NCBI GenBank assembly: GCA_002633005.1
Contig: NMRA01000037.1
Location: 186,001 to 250,000, forward strand
Direction of reading: 5' to 3'
Length of the DNA stretch: 64,000 nucleotides
Origin: Phoronis australis
Lineage: Eukaryota; Animalia; Phoronida
A program made the translations under genes and the position numbers. Every line of letters begins with the position of its first letter. The stretch's first letter is position 1. The notes beneath the pieces are model-generated. The model was given only the letters and a program-made list of their open reading frames with translations, was not told the origin of the DNA and searched no databases. This document shows, piece by piece, positions 1-12,453 of the stretch.

Positions 1-19
1 GATTCGAGACCGAGACCAG

Positions 20-420
20 GGCCCGGTCTCCAATCTTTTTACTCGAAATGGAACTCGAAATTAGGTTTGGCATTTTCTATTCTACTTTTGAGCGAACTCA
101 AGATAAGTGTCTATTATTCTATGCTCGAGTACAAAATAACTTACGTAGATAATTTATTGCTCTTAGTTCACAGTTTGTAAACCCAATTTTAAAGCAATAA
201 GTTCGAGTTTCAACTCGAAATTTCGAGTTTTTACTCGAGTTTGTAGCACGAATATAAGGGTCTTCAAGGGCAAACTTGAACTAGAAACTCCTATGCATAA
301 ACTATAATATATTCGAGCACAGTCTGATAACCAATTATCTTAAGTTCGCACAAAAGGAGCAGAGAAATTGCCAAAAATAGTTTCGAGTTCGTTTCGAGTA
401 CAAAGATTAGAGACCGGGCC
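20..420. mobile_element. Non-autonomous DNA transposon (PIF/Harbinger-like MITE)
   Basis: About 40-bp terminal inverted repeats (TIRs): GGCCCGGTCTCCAATCTTTTTACTCGAAA at 20 and TTTCGAGTACAAAGATTAGAGACCGGGCC ending at 420. 3-bp TSD CAG at 17-19 and 421-423. The interior is quasi-palindromic. Confidence 0.85.
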
Positions 421-1138
421 CAGGCTTTACAAGTTGACTTGTCTCGGTGAATCATTTTACTTGATGCGGGACGAGCATACTAAGGTACTACCAGTTCTTT
501 GCAAGCCTAAAAATCGCTTCTCTAAGTAAGCAACAGGATGAGACAAATTTTGTTGTGGCAAGACATCTAAATCATAAGTTATCTTTTTGACCGGCGGGGA
601 ATGGAGATGTGAAAGGGGTCACGGCNACTTAGTTCTTATTATAGTCTATGTAGTACCACTGCGTACCAAATTTCGTATTTCATAAAGACTATAATCCAAA
701 AGAGGAACAACATGCAATCAAAATCACTGAATATTTGTCTCAGAAAATTTACACAAAATGAGAGAAATAATACAAAAATTGGAATGTTGAAATACGCTTA
801 CAAGTTTAGCAAGGTAAAAACGTGCCTTACAGAGGTGTTATCATAACCGAGCGGCATCAGTATGGTATTGAAAGTAGAAATTGTTGAACTGATTACGTTA
901 TGCCCCTGCTGGGTGTGCAAACCTTTCTTGATAAGTTACTTGACGTCATTTTTATGCGACGAATCACGTGTCAGAAAAGACTGGAACCGGCTGGTCCTTA
1001 CTGTACTGTAGTTTAGATGTCTATTTGATTTGGCCTGTTGAACGGTGCGTTTCATTGTTGACGCCTGATGATGTTTGATTTGTTATCCGCTCGATCACGT
1101 GACCACGAGACCTCTCAAGAGAATACCCGCTCGTTTAC

Positions 1139-4100
1139 CTTTGCTGTTTTCATCAACATGGGTTTCTTGGTTGAAGTGTCCAGAGGCCTTTTCATCCTTA
1201 GGTGTCCCAGTCCCAGATTTTCCGCTTCCAAGCGCTCTAATTCCGTCTCTAACATTAGATGAAAATTTAAGTTTCTTTTATAAACAGCCGATAACTACAA
1301 GACACATATCAGTTTAATGAATGCCTAATAACAAGAAAGTTGTTAAATCCATGCAGGCAGGTATAATTTTTTAACTGATATTAGTTATACAACACGCAAA
1401 TTAATGACGCGTTTTTAACTCTGTGATTCAGTCCTAATGTCGTCTACCCCGGCCAGCACTACTTTCCTCTCTTATTCATTGGTGTGAAGTTTGCTGGCAG
1501 TTACATCCCCAAAAGGTGGACAGAACGAGCCCCCGATTTGGCGAAATGGGTAAAAAGATCCATCCCTTAGAGGCAAAAAGTCCGACAAAATGGAACAAAA
1601 GTCCCTAAATAAGCGCAAACGCGAAATTCGCAGTGGTGCTCTCGTTCTTTTTTTTTTAGTCCGACCGACGTCAGAAATTCGAGAGGCCCCCCATGGTGAA
1701 GGCTGGGTACGCGCATGAAAAGGGCTGTATTCCGCAAAGCCCGTTTCTGGCAAGTTAATAAGCGAGATCACGCAAGTCGTAGCGAGATATTCCCATGGAA
1801 TTACAAGCTTTACTCGCAAGTATCACGAGTTACGAAACGAGCTTCAGGACGAAGGCTCTTACGTTGATCCGAGCAGCTCACGTGACACTCCATTTCTTGT
1901 ACTTCCAATGGTAGTTTGAGAACTTCTGGGAAGTGCCCGAATAGTGTCGAGTGGCATGGCATTCCTGATTTGTAGAACTTCATGTTATCTTCTATCCATG
2001 AGGGGATCGTTTTCTTACCCCGTGTGATAACTGTGCAGCGACCTGTTTAATAAAGGCGAGCACGTGAATTTAGAAGCTTCAGCAAAATCATCCACATCGA
2101 CCTTATTACGGATAGCGAAAGACGTTTTTAAATCTACACTAAGAATTTTAAGAAAGCGCGGTCACGTAAGGCAGCACCTAGCGGCCAGAACACGTTGACA
2201 TATATGATAAAGACCAGTTCATTTCCAGTTGATTTTCAAGCAGCCCGACGTTCAGTTCATCAAAAACACAAGCTTGTATATGCAACATATATTCAAAATC
2301 AACCGACAGCTTACCGAACATACGACTGCCTGCGTGACGCTTCCAAAATTGGAGATTAGAGTACCGTACTCACAGTCTATAAACATGTCATTTGGAATGC
2401 GCACGCATCGATTTTCGCTAGAAGGTTAACATGCCAACACGTCCGTCAACAGCATTTGAAAAGCGCTATATATATTTTTGGTATGGGAAAGTAAGAAAGC
2501 ATTAACTTATGTTATTTCACTTTGCAAATTGCGTGGATGAGCGGTGTGGACCCAAAATTTGGAGGTTGGAAAGGCGTGAAGAACAGACTACTTTTAATAC
2601 ATTCTCAGTTCGCTTTGCGGTAACGTCAGTGTCACGTTATTGCCAAACACAAGTTTGGTCATCTTGCCGTAAGTAAGCGTTCTAAAGATGTATGTCCGCA
2701 AGAGAAACTAAACACTTGAATTTCTTATAAAAACCAGGATTTTTGTCAACACGCAAAAAATTCTCAAATTTTTGGCGATGAGAGGAACGAGACCTCTCGC
2801 AATGGGTTCTCGCCTTTGCTAAATGTGCGTATACCTACATATTGCTTTGAGAATGCGTACTAGCTACATGGATAAAAAAGAAAATTCAGTTAACGTTTGC
2901 ATTAAATTGAGAAGATGTACGTAGACCATTGGCATAACAATTCCTTATTGTTGGCGCAGTGGGTCAAGCAACAACATGGATTAAGATTGTAGATCTAGCT
3001 CAATTTCTGAGTGCCATTTTTATTGCTCGTCTGACAACACTCACCAGACCGAACCTACCAGTTGACCATTTCCGGTTATGGGGATAAGCCACGCATCGAT
3101 CAAAGCGACACGAAAATTGGTTACATTTTCTGGCCGAAAAAGCGGATCCCAGTCTAGTAATGAACTTAGAGTCACAGTTTTAGTGTTTGTTTGCGAATGC
3201 AAAGAATTAATGAACTGAATTCGTAACCATGTCCCTGGCATACCCCGAAAAGCGATGTTATCCTTAGCGTTTCCATTCTGTATCCTCATGTTTTGAACAA
3301 AAGATGGATTTGAAAAAGTATGAAGTTGCAAATTAATGTTCATTGCACTCACCTTTTCTCCGTCGTACGCCGGTTTTGTCCCCGCAGACACTGCACCGGG
3401 ACCAGCTGGTCCAGAAATTTATGGCCAGCCAACCTCCAAACTCTACAGAAAAAACAAAAACTGTATACTTTGTAGTTTTTCACCCTGTTTTCTGATTCTA
3501 TCTACGTTGTGAGGGTTACCTAGTAGGGCGTTAGAAAGGCCAAGGTACCGGTACCAAATCTTGTGTTGATGGATTTACCTTGAAAACGGACAGATCTATG
3601 CTTCTGAGTACTAGATTATACGGCATGTCGTTAAAGTTATTTTATACCATAGATGTATGTGAAAATGCGCCTGATTTATGTTTTCGAATTCCTCTCAAGT
3701 AAAAATGTCACCAAAGCTCAAGTGTACGTTTTACGGTGGTTGTAAAAAGACGACTTTGATTTTTTCTTTAGACTTATTTCTGTCGATGGAGTTCTTTTAA
3801 AAGTCTATTTGCAGTCGGCAAGTCTGTCAGTGGAGACGCTAATGGTTTGTCGATACAGTCACTATCTCTATCGATAGAGATAAGCCTGGAGGAATAATTC
3901 ACGTCCTATGGCTACCACCATATAATAAACTGTTCTCAGTCCGTACACAGGCTGTTAATTCTATGACAGGCCGCGGTAGCTGTCCGATCGTACTGTAAGG
4001 CTGTGGTAGAACGGTTCGCAAAACATAGCAGAAACCTGGCGTGCGTTCAGTAGACGCTAGGACCTACGCTAGGACCTAGCAAAAACCTATTCAAAGTCAC

Positions 4101-7100
4101 GTGTTTTTATTTAAAATACACGGCAATATCTCACGTAATCTCGCGAAGTCTTGCTTTTTAGCGAGGTCCTAGCGTTACTAAACGGGAGGCTGCTTTACAG
4201 TGCTATCAAAGGATGATAACTTTGTTACAATTGACTTTTATTTAAAAGCAAACTATGAATTGTTGATCACGATGTATTCGCTTGTTTACTTACTGTTTTC
4301 ATACTTGATCATCTTGTTGGTGAAGGGAACTGAAAAATTGAGAATTTTAAGTAGATCATAGAGTTTTTACAACCCAATTCCAAAACCTGTTTAAAATATG
4401 AAAATATTCATTCAGCAAAGTCCTACGTTGACTTAAGGAGAGGGTTGGTTGCTTAAAAAACCTGAATGGGTATTCTGTTTGAAAGGAGACGGGTTGAGTT
4501 ACGAAGCTGTAAAATACATCGGACATTTTCAGACAAAAGATTTTTACGACTGTGCAAATCTTCCATTTTATCTAAACGGCGACCGGGATGTTTTGGAAAA
4601 CGTTTTTGAAAAAGATCATTTCAATTTCTAATATGCTAATTATGTCACGCAAAAGTTTCCTTCCCATTGATAACGTTTATCGTTATATTAAAACAAGAAT
4701 TCCACTGCTAAAATTAGTAGCATATCGCCCATTAGTAAATAAAATCTAACAAAAGCTGTCGAATGTTTTCTCAATCATACGCAATGACTGTTTCCGTCAG
4801 ACAGTACGCGCGTGCGTACATGTAGACATCCCTCCTTTTCGTATACATAATCGCATTACAATAAAAAGTATTTTGTTTGACACGTCCCGACGATATAAGC
4901 TGTCTCCAGAGCAAAAAAGATCGTAAGATGGCAAAACATAAGCCAAGAACCAACTCCAAACGGAAGCAGACTAAGCTCGAGAGATCGAGAGGCATTGTGC
5001 CAAACTACGCAAACCTACGAGGGTGCCTACCTTTTATTGTCTTTGGGGAGTCCAGTGCGACTGAAACAATATGAAACATAAAACTTTAAAAGCGAGAAGG
5101 ATATAAAATGCATTTAAGTGTCAGAGGCGTAGGATTTCGGATTTTTACTGCGTCTCTACAGGAAAAAGATGCAGACAGCTATTTATTGCGCTGCTAGGTC
5201 CAGCTGTATCAAACGTAGTTCGCTGACGATACACGAAATAACTCTCACGTGCAGTACAGTAATAGTGTTGGACCTGGTCATTTTTAGTCGAAACACGACA
5301 GATTAAAATTGAAGTAATGCTGTCTCAGTAGAATGTCTCGGAAAATTTGTCGGACTCTGACGTATTTCTTTTGTTAAAAACCCCACTGAGCGACCAGACA
5401 TGGGTCTTGCATAGGCCTTCTCTGGCCAACTAAGGACCCATTTCGTAATCCAATATACAATCGCAACCCAATACACTCTCGAGGGAAGCAAATGAGACTG
5501 CACAGGCGTCCTAGTAATACCTTTTCGCTCTCTCACGCATGCCTCGTATTAAAAAATTGTTCACCTGATACCCTATCGGTATATAGGGCTGGCAAGGCGT
5601 ATTTCATCATGCCGCCGCTATTTCGGAAAATCGATCGCTCATAACCTCGAGCGTTGAACTGTCCACGGAGGTGGTCATCATCTGTCTGGTCACCACCCTC
5701 AACGGTGAGCGGCTTGTTGAAGTAAGGAATTGACCAGACCCTTTAGTCTTGCACCCTCCAGTGTGTACTCAATGAGGAATGTCCGTAGAGATGCCACGCA
5801 CTCAATCTATTACCATGGCCACTGATATGCTAATGGGAAGCTACACCCGGATTCAACAGAAAACACGTAATCATTGTACCTCAGAATGGATATTACGGGT
5901 TTTGGTGTGTGATCTTTCCTTGAATTTTTCGTGTAACTCACCTAAATCGTGCGCCACGCGTGGCCTTTGAACAGACTTTGCTAAGATCGAAGTTTCAAAA
6001 TGTATTCCAAACTTTTGAGGGTCAAGACAAATGCATGGAGATTTCACAAAGACATGTGAGCTCTCACACAAAGTCGCAAAAACAAGCTTGATGAAGTGTA
6101 TCTTATTGCAGAATAGTGTGCGACCATTGGTTTAGAGATCCACTTAAATTACCCTAGATATGACTACGGCATTTGATCCCAGAAGCCACCGTAGATGTTC
6201 GCGCATTGCGGCCACTAGTGAACTGACTGTGAGAACGTCCACAACAGCGATAGACAGTCATTTTTTGCCGCCCTGCTTGGGTAAGTTGGAACAGAACCTA
6301 CCGTCAACGTGGTACAAAAATCGCCATCTTGACTTGAGAATTAGCAGTCGGTGACGTTGCATAAGCTGGTCTGGATCATTATTCAGCTTGTGCGAGATGT
6401 ATTCTTCCATTTTGTAATCTTCGCAAAAATACGTCCCTTCGTCACCTAAAATGAGTCAAATTATGTAGCGTTTACGACTGATTGCAAAAAATGAAGCACC
6501 TGAATTAAAGCCCACAAAAAGCGGCGATTACCTCTACCCGGGCCAAAGATAACGGTGCCACCCACGAGGTAATCCCTCAGCTGCTTGCTACGAATGTGGC
6601 CACATTGCCCCTGGTTGCCACCAATGTCTCACTGTCCCCGGTTGGCACTAATCTCACGACCAATTCGTCCCACCTCGTTAGCCACTAGTTTTGCAGCACC
6701 CTGGTTATATGTACCATCCTTGCTCCCGTAGGTGCTGCATTGGATTTTGGCTCCGTAAATTTAACCAAAAGTTCAATTTTTAATGTTGAAAATTGTCGCC
6801 GGTCATTTGTAACGGAACTGGTGCCTAAACACAAGGGATAGATCGCATTAAACTTCAAAACTTGACTGGATAAGCTTGATTGTTAAACGAAATCAAGTGC
6901 ATTTTTCAATATTGACGTTACTTAATGTGTTGCCATTGTTGATAGCTAGTATGCATCCGGGAAGAAAATTACTTGAAAGTGAAAGTGCACCTCCAAAATT
7001 TGATATCTATTTGTTGTGAGACGAGGGACGATCTCAGGTAACTTCAATCTAGACAGAACCCTTCGCGAAATTGCTTACCTGGTTGAAAGTCTTTGATGAC

Positions 7101-9030
7101 AAGTGTGTGCGCTCCCGTGAGAAAGATGCGATTGTATTGTTCCTCGTCGTGCAGATCTAGGTCCACCTCCCTTGCATCCTGCTCAACATCCCATCTTATC
7201 TGCGCATCAAGTCGGTCCAACTTATACCAGCGCATGCGCAAATAGTCTGAAAATTCCCCGCTGAAAAAGCACGAGTTTCGTATAATTATTCGGATTCCGA
7301 ACACAACTGTTAGTTCTGACATGCCAATGAAGCTATTAATACTCGTGTCCAGGGATCCAGAACTTGTACAGTAAATACTGTAACTGTGCTCCAAAATTGT
7401 TCAGCAAATACTGCAGATCCTACCAAAAGCAGAAATGCGTCTTTCGGTGGACTTTGGATACTTAGGCCATAGTGAAGTTCAAGGATTTACGGAGATTGAA
7501 CAAGGAAAAGTACTTGCGGGATATAAATGCCTGTGCGGGTAGACCTCACAATCAGGTAGCGTCAAACGCTACAATTGTACCTACTTTGTCGTCACGGTGA
7601 CAAACGATATATACGCCTGCACGAAAAACTAGCCAAGTTGAATTTCATATAAACTTAGGTTTTAGCTCCTGAAGCTGTTTGGTCCAACCCTCATTCTAAA
7701 AGATGCCGTGGTATGGCTGNGAACTCGTTAGCTCTCACAGTCAGACTATACACTGTATGAAAAGAAATTGGCGCGAAATGCTTGCCTCCTAAAACGTCAC
7801 GTCCGGAGTAGCGGACGAGTAATTAATAAAATTACGAAAAGCTGTAATTAAGTGGAAAATGTGACTAGGATAACCAACCAACCTTATTTTAGCTGAAAAT
7901 GACATGGAAAAGGGTTGCCTTCGCCTTTAATGTGTTGCCATTGTTGATAGCTAGTATGCAACCGGGAAGAAAATTACTTGAAAGTGAAAGTGCACCTCCA
8001 AAATTTGATATCTAGGCCTATTTGTTGTGAGACGAGGGACGATCTCAGGTAACTTCAATCTAGACAGAACCGTTCGCGAAATTGCTTACCTGGTTGAAAG
8101 TCTTTAATGACAAGTGTGTGCGCTCCCGTGAGAAAGATGCGATTGTATTGTTCCTCGTCGTGCAGATCTAGGTCCACCTCCCTCGCATCCTGCTCAACAT
8201 CCCATCTTATCTGCGCATCAAGTCGGTCCAACTTATACCAGCGCATGCGCAAATAGTCTGAAAATTCCCCGCTGAAAAAGCACGAGTTTCGTATAATTAT
8301 TCGGATTCCGAACACAACTGTTAGTTCTAACATGCCAATGAAGCTATTAATACTCGTGTCCAGGGATCCAGAACTTGTACAGTAAATACTGTAACTGTGC
8401 TCCAAAATTGTTCAGCAAATACTGCAGATCCTACCAAAAGCAGAAATGCGTCTTTCGGTGGACTTTGGATACTTAGGCCATAGTGAAGTTCAAGGATTTA
8501 CGGAGATTGAACAAGGAAAAGTACTTGCGGGATATAAATGCCTGTGCGGGTAGACCTCACAATCAGGTAGCGTCAAACGCTACAATTGTACCTACTTTGT
8601 CGTCACGGTGACAAACGATATATACGCCTGCACGAAAAACTAGCCAAGTTGAATTTCATATAAACTTAGGTTTTAGCTCCTGAAGCTGTTTGGTCCAACC
8701 CTCATTCTAAAAGATGCCGTGGTATGGCTGGCTGTCAGCATCAAGAAAAGTTATTCACTATACAAGTGCAAAAAGTCAACCAATGACGCTGCAGCTCTGC
8801 TCTTCCCATTTCTTGCCATTCCTTCGCATTTTCGGACCGCCCTTCTCATCGCCAGTTCCAGATTCACATTGGATGATAAAGACCGAGACTAGAGAAGGTA
8901 AATATGAGGTACCAATAATGGCACGACAGTGCAACGTTCTCTCCTCTTCTGGCCACAGTCGCTATCCCGGCTGGTGACTTTTCTTTCACCTTGTCCAGGC
9001 GCTCTCTGCACTCTTGGGTATCCGTAGACT
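1139..9030 (-). CDS. Ig-like V-type domain protein, FAM187A-like (multi-exon; 5' and 3' ends not located)
   Basis: Phase-consistent GT-AG exons: 9030-8913, 8271-8090 (duplicate copy 7260-7079), 6445-6302, 5060-5031, 4329-4305, 3610-3579, 3442-3353, 2042-1863, 1236-1139. Translation gives RGENVALSCHYC..MRWYK..RIFLTGAHTLVIKDFQPGDEGTYFC..FLYHVD (Ig domain), then FWTSWSRCSVCGDKTGVRRRKGRC..GMPCHS..ECHVSC. This is the FAM187 Ig + WxxWxxCxxC cysteine-rich layout. Confidence 0.8.
4039..4189. mobile_element. Short Harbinger-like MITE
   Basis: Imperfect TIRs GCGTGCGTTCAGTAGACGCTAGGACCT and AGGTCCTAGCGTTACTAAACGGGAGG, flanked by CTG at 4036-4038 and 4190-4192. Confidence 0.55.
6922..8730. repeat. Near-identical ~800-bp direct duplication (6922-7719 / 7927-8730), probably an uncollapsed haplotype
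   Basis: Copy 1 ends exactly at the single N (7720). The copies differ by a few SNPs and a 6-bp indel. The two differences inside the exon are synonymous. Confidence 0.85.
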
Positions 9031-11940
9031 CTAAATTATGGAAGGAGAATGAAAATCAAATATTAGAGCCCGAGGTATCCCCTCACTGAGGAACACGCAG
9101 CACCGCACTTAAAGACGGAGTGCGCAAAGGCGACCTTTATTAGACCGGCAGCCCAGAGCTCTCATCATAAATGAACGAGGTACCAAAACCAGACCACAGG
9201 AGCGCTCACAGTTTACCCCCAGTTTGTACAGAAACGGATGCCTGTTTGTGTCTACATTCTAAGTGTGTACCATGGGGACATTGCAATTAGGACAAAAATC
9301 GAGCTAAATTACAAATTCGAGGTACCGGCCAAAACTGATTTAAAATCAACATTGTCCCGTGAAAGAAAAAGTACATCCTGGAAACGGCCCGCCAGAGAAA
9401 CACAAAATTGTCTCCAAAACTGAGTCGTTCAAATATTAGAAGTACCATAGTCGTAATATATGGCGCTGATCACTAAATGGTCTATGAAAGGCAAACCACA
9501 CTCAGGACCCACCAGAACCCCCAAACATCTCTCCCATGGCATACCGTTGACATTATGAGCTAGATTAGACATTCGAGGTTACAACCTGCACGGAAGGACT
9601 GTTAGATTTTCTGTGAACGGTCAAGAAAAAAACCCATGAAGTTTAATATGTACCTCGCTAGAGGAGCAATAAAACCGCTTCTTGTGTCAAAAACAACTTT
9701 TGGTTTAGGCTCGCACTGGACCTATTGCATCTAATCACGTAAACATGGATTTAATTAAGTATCACTTCATTTCCGCTCATAAGTGAACAATGTGAGTTTA
9801 TGACATACGCCATTGTTGACTTAGGTAGTGAAGGATTATGTATTACATAAACTTTTGTATGAAGTGTGGAGTGAATTTTAAAATCATTTCCCTGGTCTTT
9901 GTGGACCTCCAGTCACCGTCAAAGAGAAATGTGCGAAGGTCTTGGAGATTTTTATCAAGTAAGTCGAGTTGAAATGATTCAGTTCACTCCACAATTGATA
10001 TGCCTGGATGGATCGAGACTTGCATTTTGTATGAAGTGTTGAGACAGGCAGCGACCTCTATGTTTAAATTTCTTCTGTCGTAATTGGGCATTCACTTTTG
10101 TAAATTTGTTTTATTTGCGTTAATGCATCAGGAATCTGTTTCGTGAAATGTAACTAAAAGACTTGAGACAGAAATTTGGTCTTGCAGTCCCCGCTGCACA
10201 TTCGCTGAATGAACGCTTTTGCCAGGTCGAATTATGAGCGCATCCTAGAAACGATTTATAAAAATTTTCTCTGTAACTAGCTGTTATGTCTGTATTCTTA
10301 GAGGCTTTGCATTTTTGTTCAAGTGGTTCAGAAATATTGTGTGTCTCAAGTTTTATGTCATTTTTCACAAAATTGAACCCCAGTGTTCATAGTCTTGGTG
10401 CAAAGCTGTATACGATAGTCTTCATACAGCTAGCTGGCTGGCTACAGTGTTCATTGATTTCCTAAACAACCAACTTTCACTTGGCAGTGAGCATATTACT
10501 TACCAAACTCTTCAAACGGCACAAAAGGATCTAGTCCGCTGACACTAAGCAGTAAAACGTTACTGAGCCAAAGTAGGAAACTGTACATGATCACGATCTA
10601 CAGGTACTTTTCAAATATTGTGAATGGCTCAAAATCGTGTAATGAGCTTCCAAAGAGTTGCTTCGACGTAACGCGCGTGAATTTACAATTTATTTTAGAT
10701 TTACTAAGCACTGACGTCATTGTTATCCACGTGCTGTAGGCCTTATCCACACGATTAGATTACGTTTTCATTTTGATTTTTTTCTTGAGCTTACGTTTTC
10801 AAAAAGTTTTTCGTCCAGACTTATTGTGTACTTTGAAACGATCGAAAATATGTCTTGTTCATTGAATTTTCAAAAAAATCCATCTAAGCGTACCACTTTC
10901 GTTTCGCTAGATGGCAGCTATACTTTAGGCAGCTATACTTGCAGCCTCGCTAGTTCTCTGCATGTCGCTAGGTGGCAGAGAACGCACGCAGGGAACCAGC
11001 AAGTACTTGGAGAGTGTTGTGAAACAACCAAGATCCGCCAAATCACGCGCGTGAAAGACACGTATATGCCTATCCCAACAATCATACATAAACCCCCACG
11101 AACAAAATCACCACTGACCACGTGTTTTTTGACTTGTGGTTTCAATGCCATGACGAGACTACTACAACTATGCTGAACTTGTCCCATCAGTACGATAAAA
11201 ACATTACTAGTACGTGGATTTTTGTTTAAAAAAATGTTCTTAACCTATTTTAGTAGACAGTCTGACAATATATTCAAACGCTATCTGGTTCGGTGTTTGT
11301 TTTTCGGGCAGACAGGCTTGCACATAGTATTGATGTTTGCAAAACATGATGCGTATGGCCAGATTGTCCACCGCCAACATTTCTGTATGGGTCGTAATCA
11401 CCTCACTATCAACACTGATTGTGCGCTATGCCTCACATGATGGTTCATTGCCAATTTTTATAACATCGTTTTAGGCTAATTTTATCGCATTTCATCGGAA
11501 GAAATCATCCTAGCACAGCTGTTCACGAGAAATTGAAAAAGTCAAAAAATCACTAGCTTCAGTGTAAGGTATTGCAGTTTATTTCAGGCAGTGTTTTATT
11601 GCTGTGAAGTCATCTTCGCAATACAATAATTACACAAGGGGGGCTCAGATCAGGGCTTGTGAAAAGGAGAGTCAATGGCGCCATTGGTTCCTCAACAAAT
11701 CCATTGAAGAAGTACAAGTGAATGTGCGCGACGCAAGGCGAGTTTTAATGAGATGACACAAAGCAGAATTTCGGCGCAAATTTATCGGTAGCCATCAATG
11801 GTCTTTTTGAAACAGGTGCATTTGAAGTCACAACAAGATATTTTTCTGTAGTTGCACTGGCACCATTTTTGCAAAGATTCCATATCAAATGCGAGGCTGG
11901 ATTTGTAATAATATCTTTATGTGGGCGTAATGAAATTTAG

Positions 11941-12414
11941 GCCAATCACTTTCTGCCGACGTCATTTGATTGTATCACACATAACCAACAAACAAAAACA
12001 AAATAAAACCCGTCCTGGTTCCATAGAATATTTCTCCGGTCAAAATCATTTCTTAAGCAAGAAGAAAAAAGATCGCACAGATTTGACCCCTACGTAAGTA
12101 TGATTTACGGCAATTAATGGTTATTTCGCAAAAACACTTGACTTTGGCTACCATCTCGCTCAAACGAATTGCAATTTTGTTTAAGACAGTCTTGCGTAAT
12201 TCCTACAGACATTTGTATGATCCAAACCTAATCAAAGTATGAATAAGTGGGGACCAAGGAGGTGGCAATTGACCAAACAACTTGTCTTCGAGTCATTCCT
12301 CAAACAAAAAACAAAGAAAAACAATACGAGTCGCTCATCTATGTCTTATACTTCCAACTGTCGAATGGGGATCAGTTCTCATTCTGTTGATTAATGTCAT
12401 TCTATTCTTTTCAG
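11941..12414 (+). promoter_or_regulatory. Putative promoter and 5'UTR intron of paralog A
   Basis: CCAAT box (gccaatca at 11941), CRE-like gacgtca (~11958), donor CTAC|gtaagt at 12093, and polypyrimidine-ttttcag acceptor ending at 12414, 39 nt before the ATG. Confidence 0.5.
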
Positions 12415-12453
12415 ACATCATAAATTTGACAAGAAAGTCAAAATTGGCTGAGA

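Noticed and set aside
480-826. Further 3' microexons of the FAM187A-like gene (~802-825, ~481-506)
   Set aside because: Splice-like signals are present, but the peptides are too short to validate.
5565-5880. Possible extra minus-strand exon of the FAM187A-like gene
   Set aside because: It has a donor but no pyrimidine-rich acceptor, in-frame stops upstream, and is not needed for the homology.
7079-8271. Dscam-like mutually exclusive Ig exons
   Set aside because: The copies encode identical peptides, the flanking introns are near-identical and the junction is a single N. A haplotype artefact is more likely.
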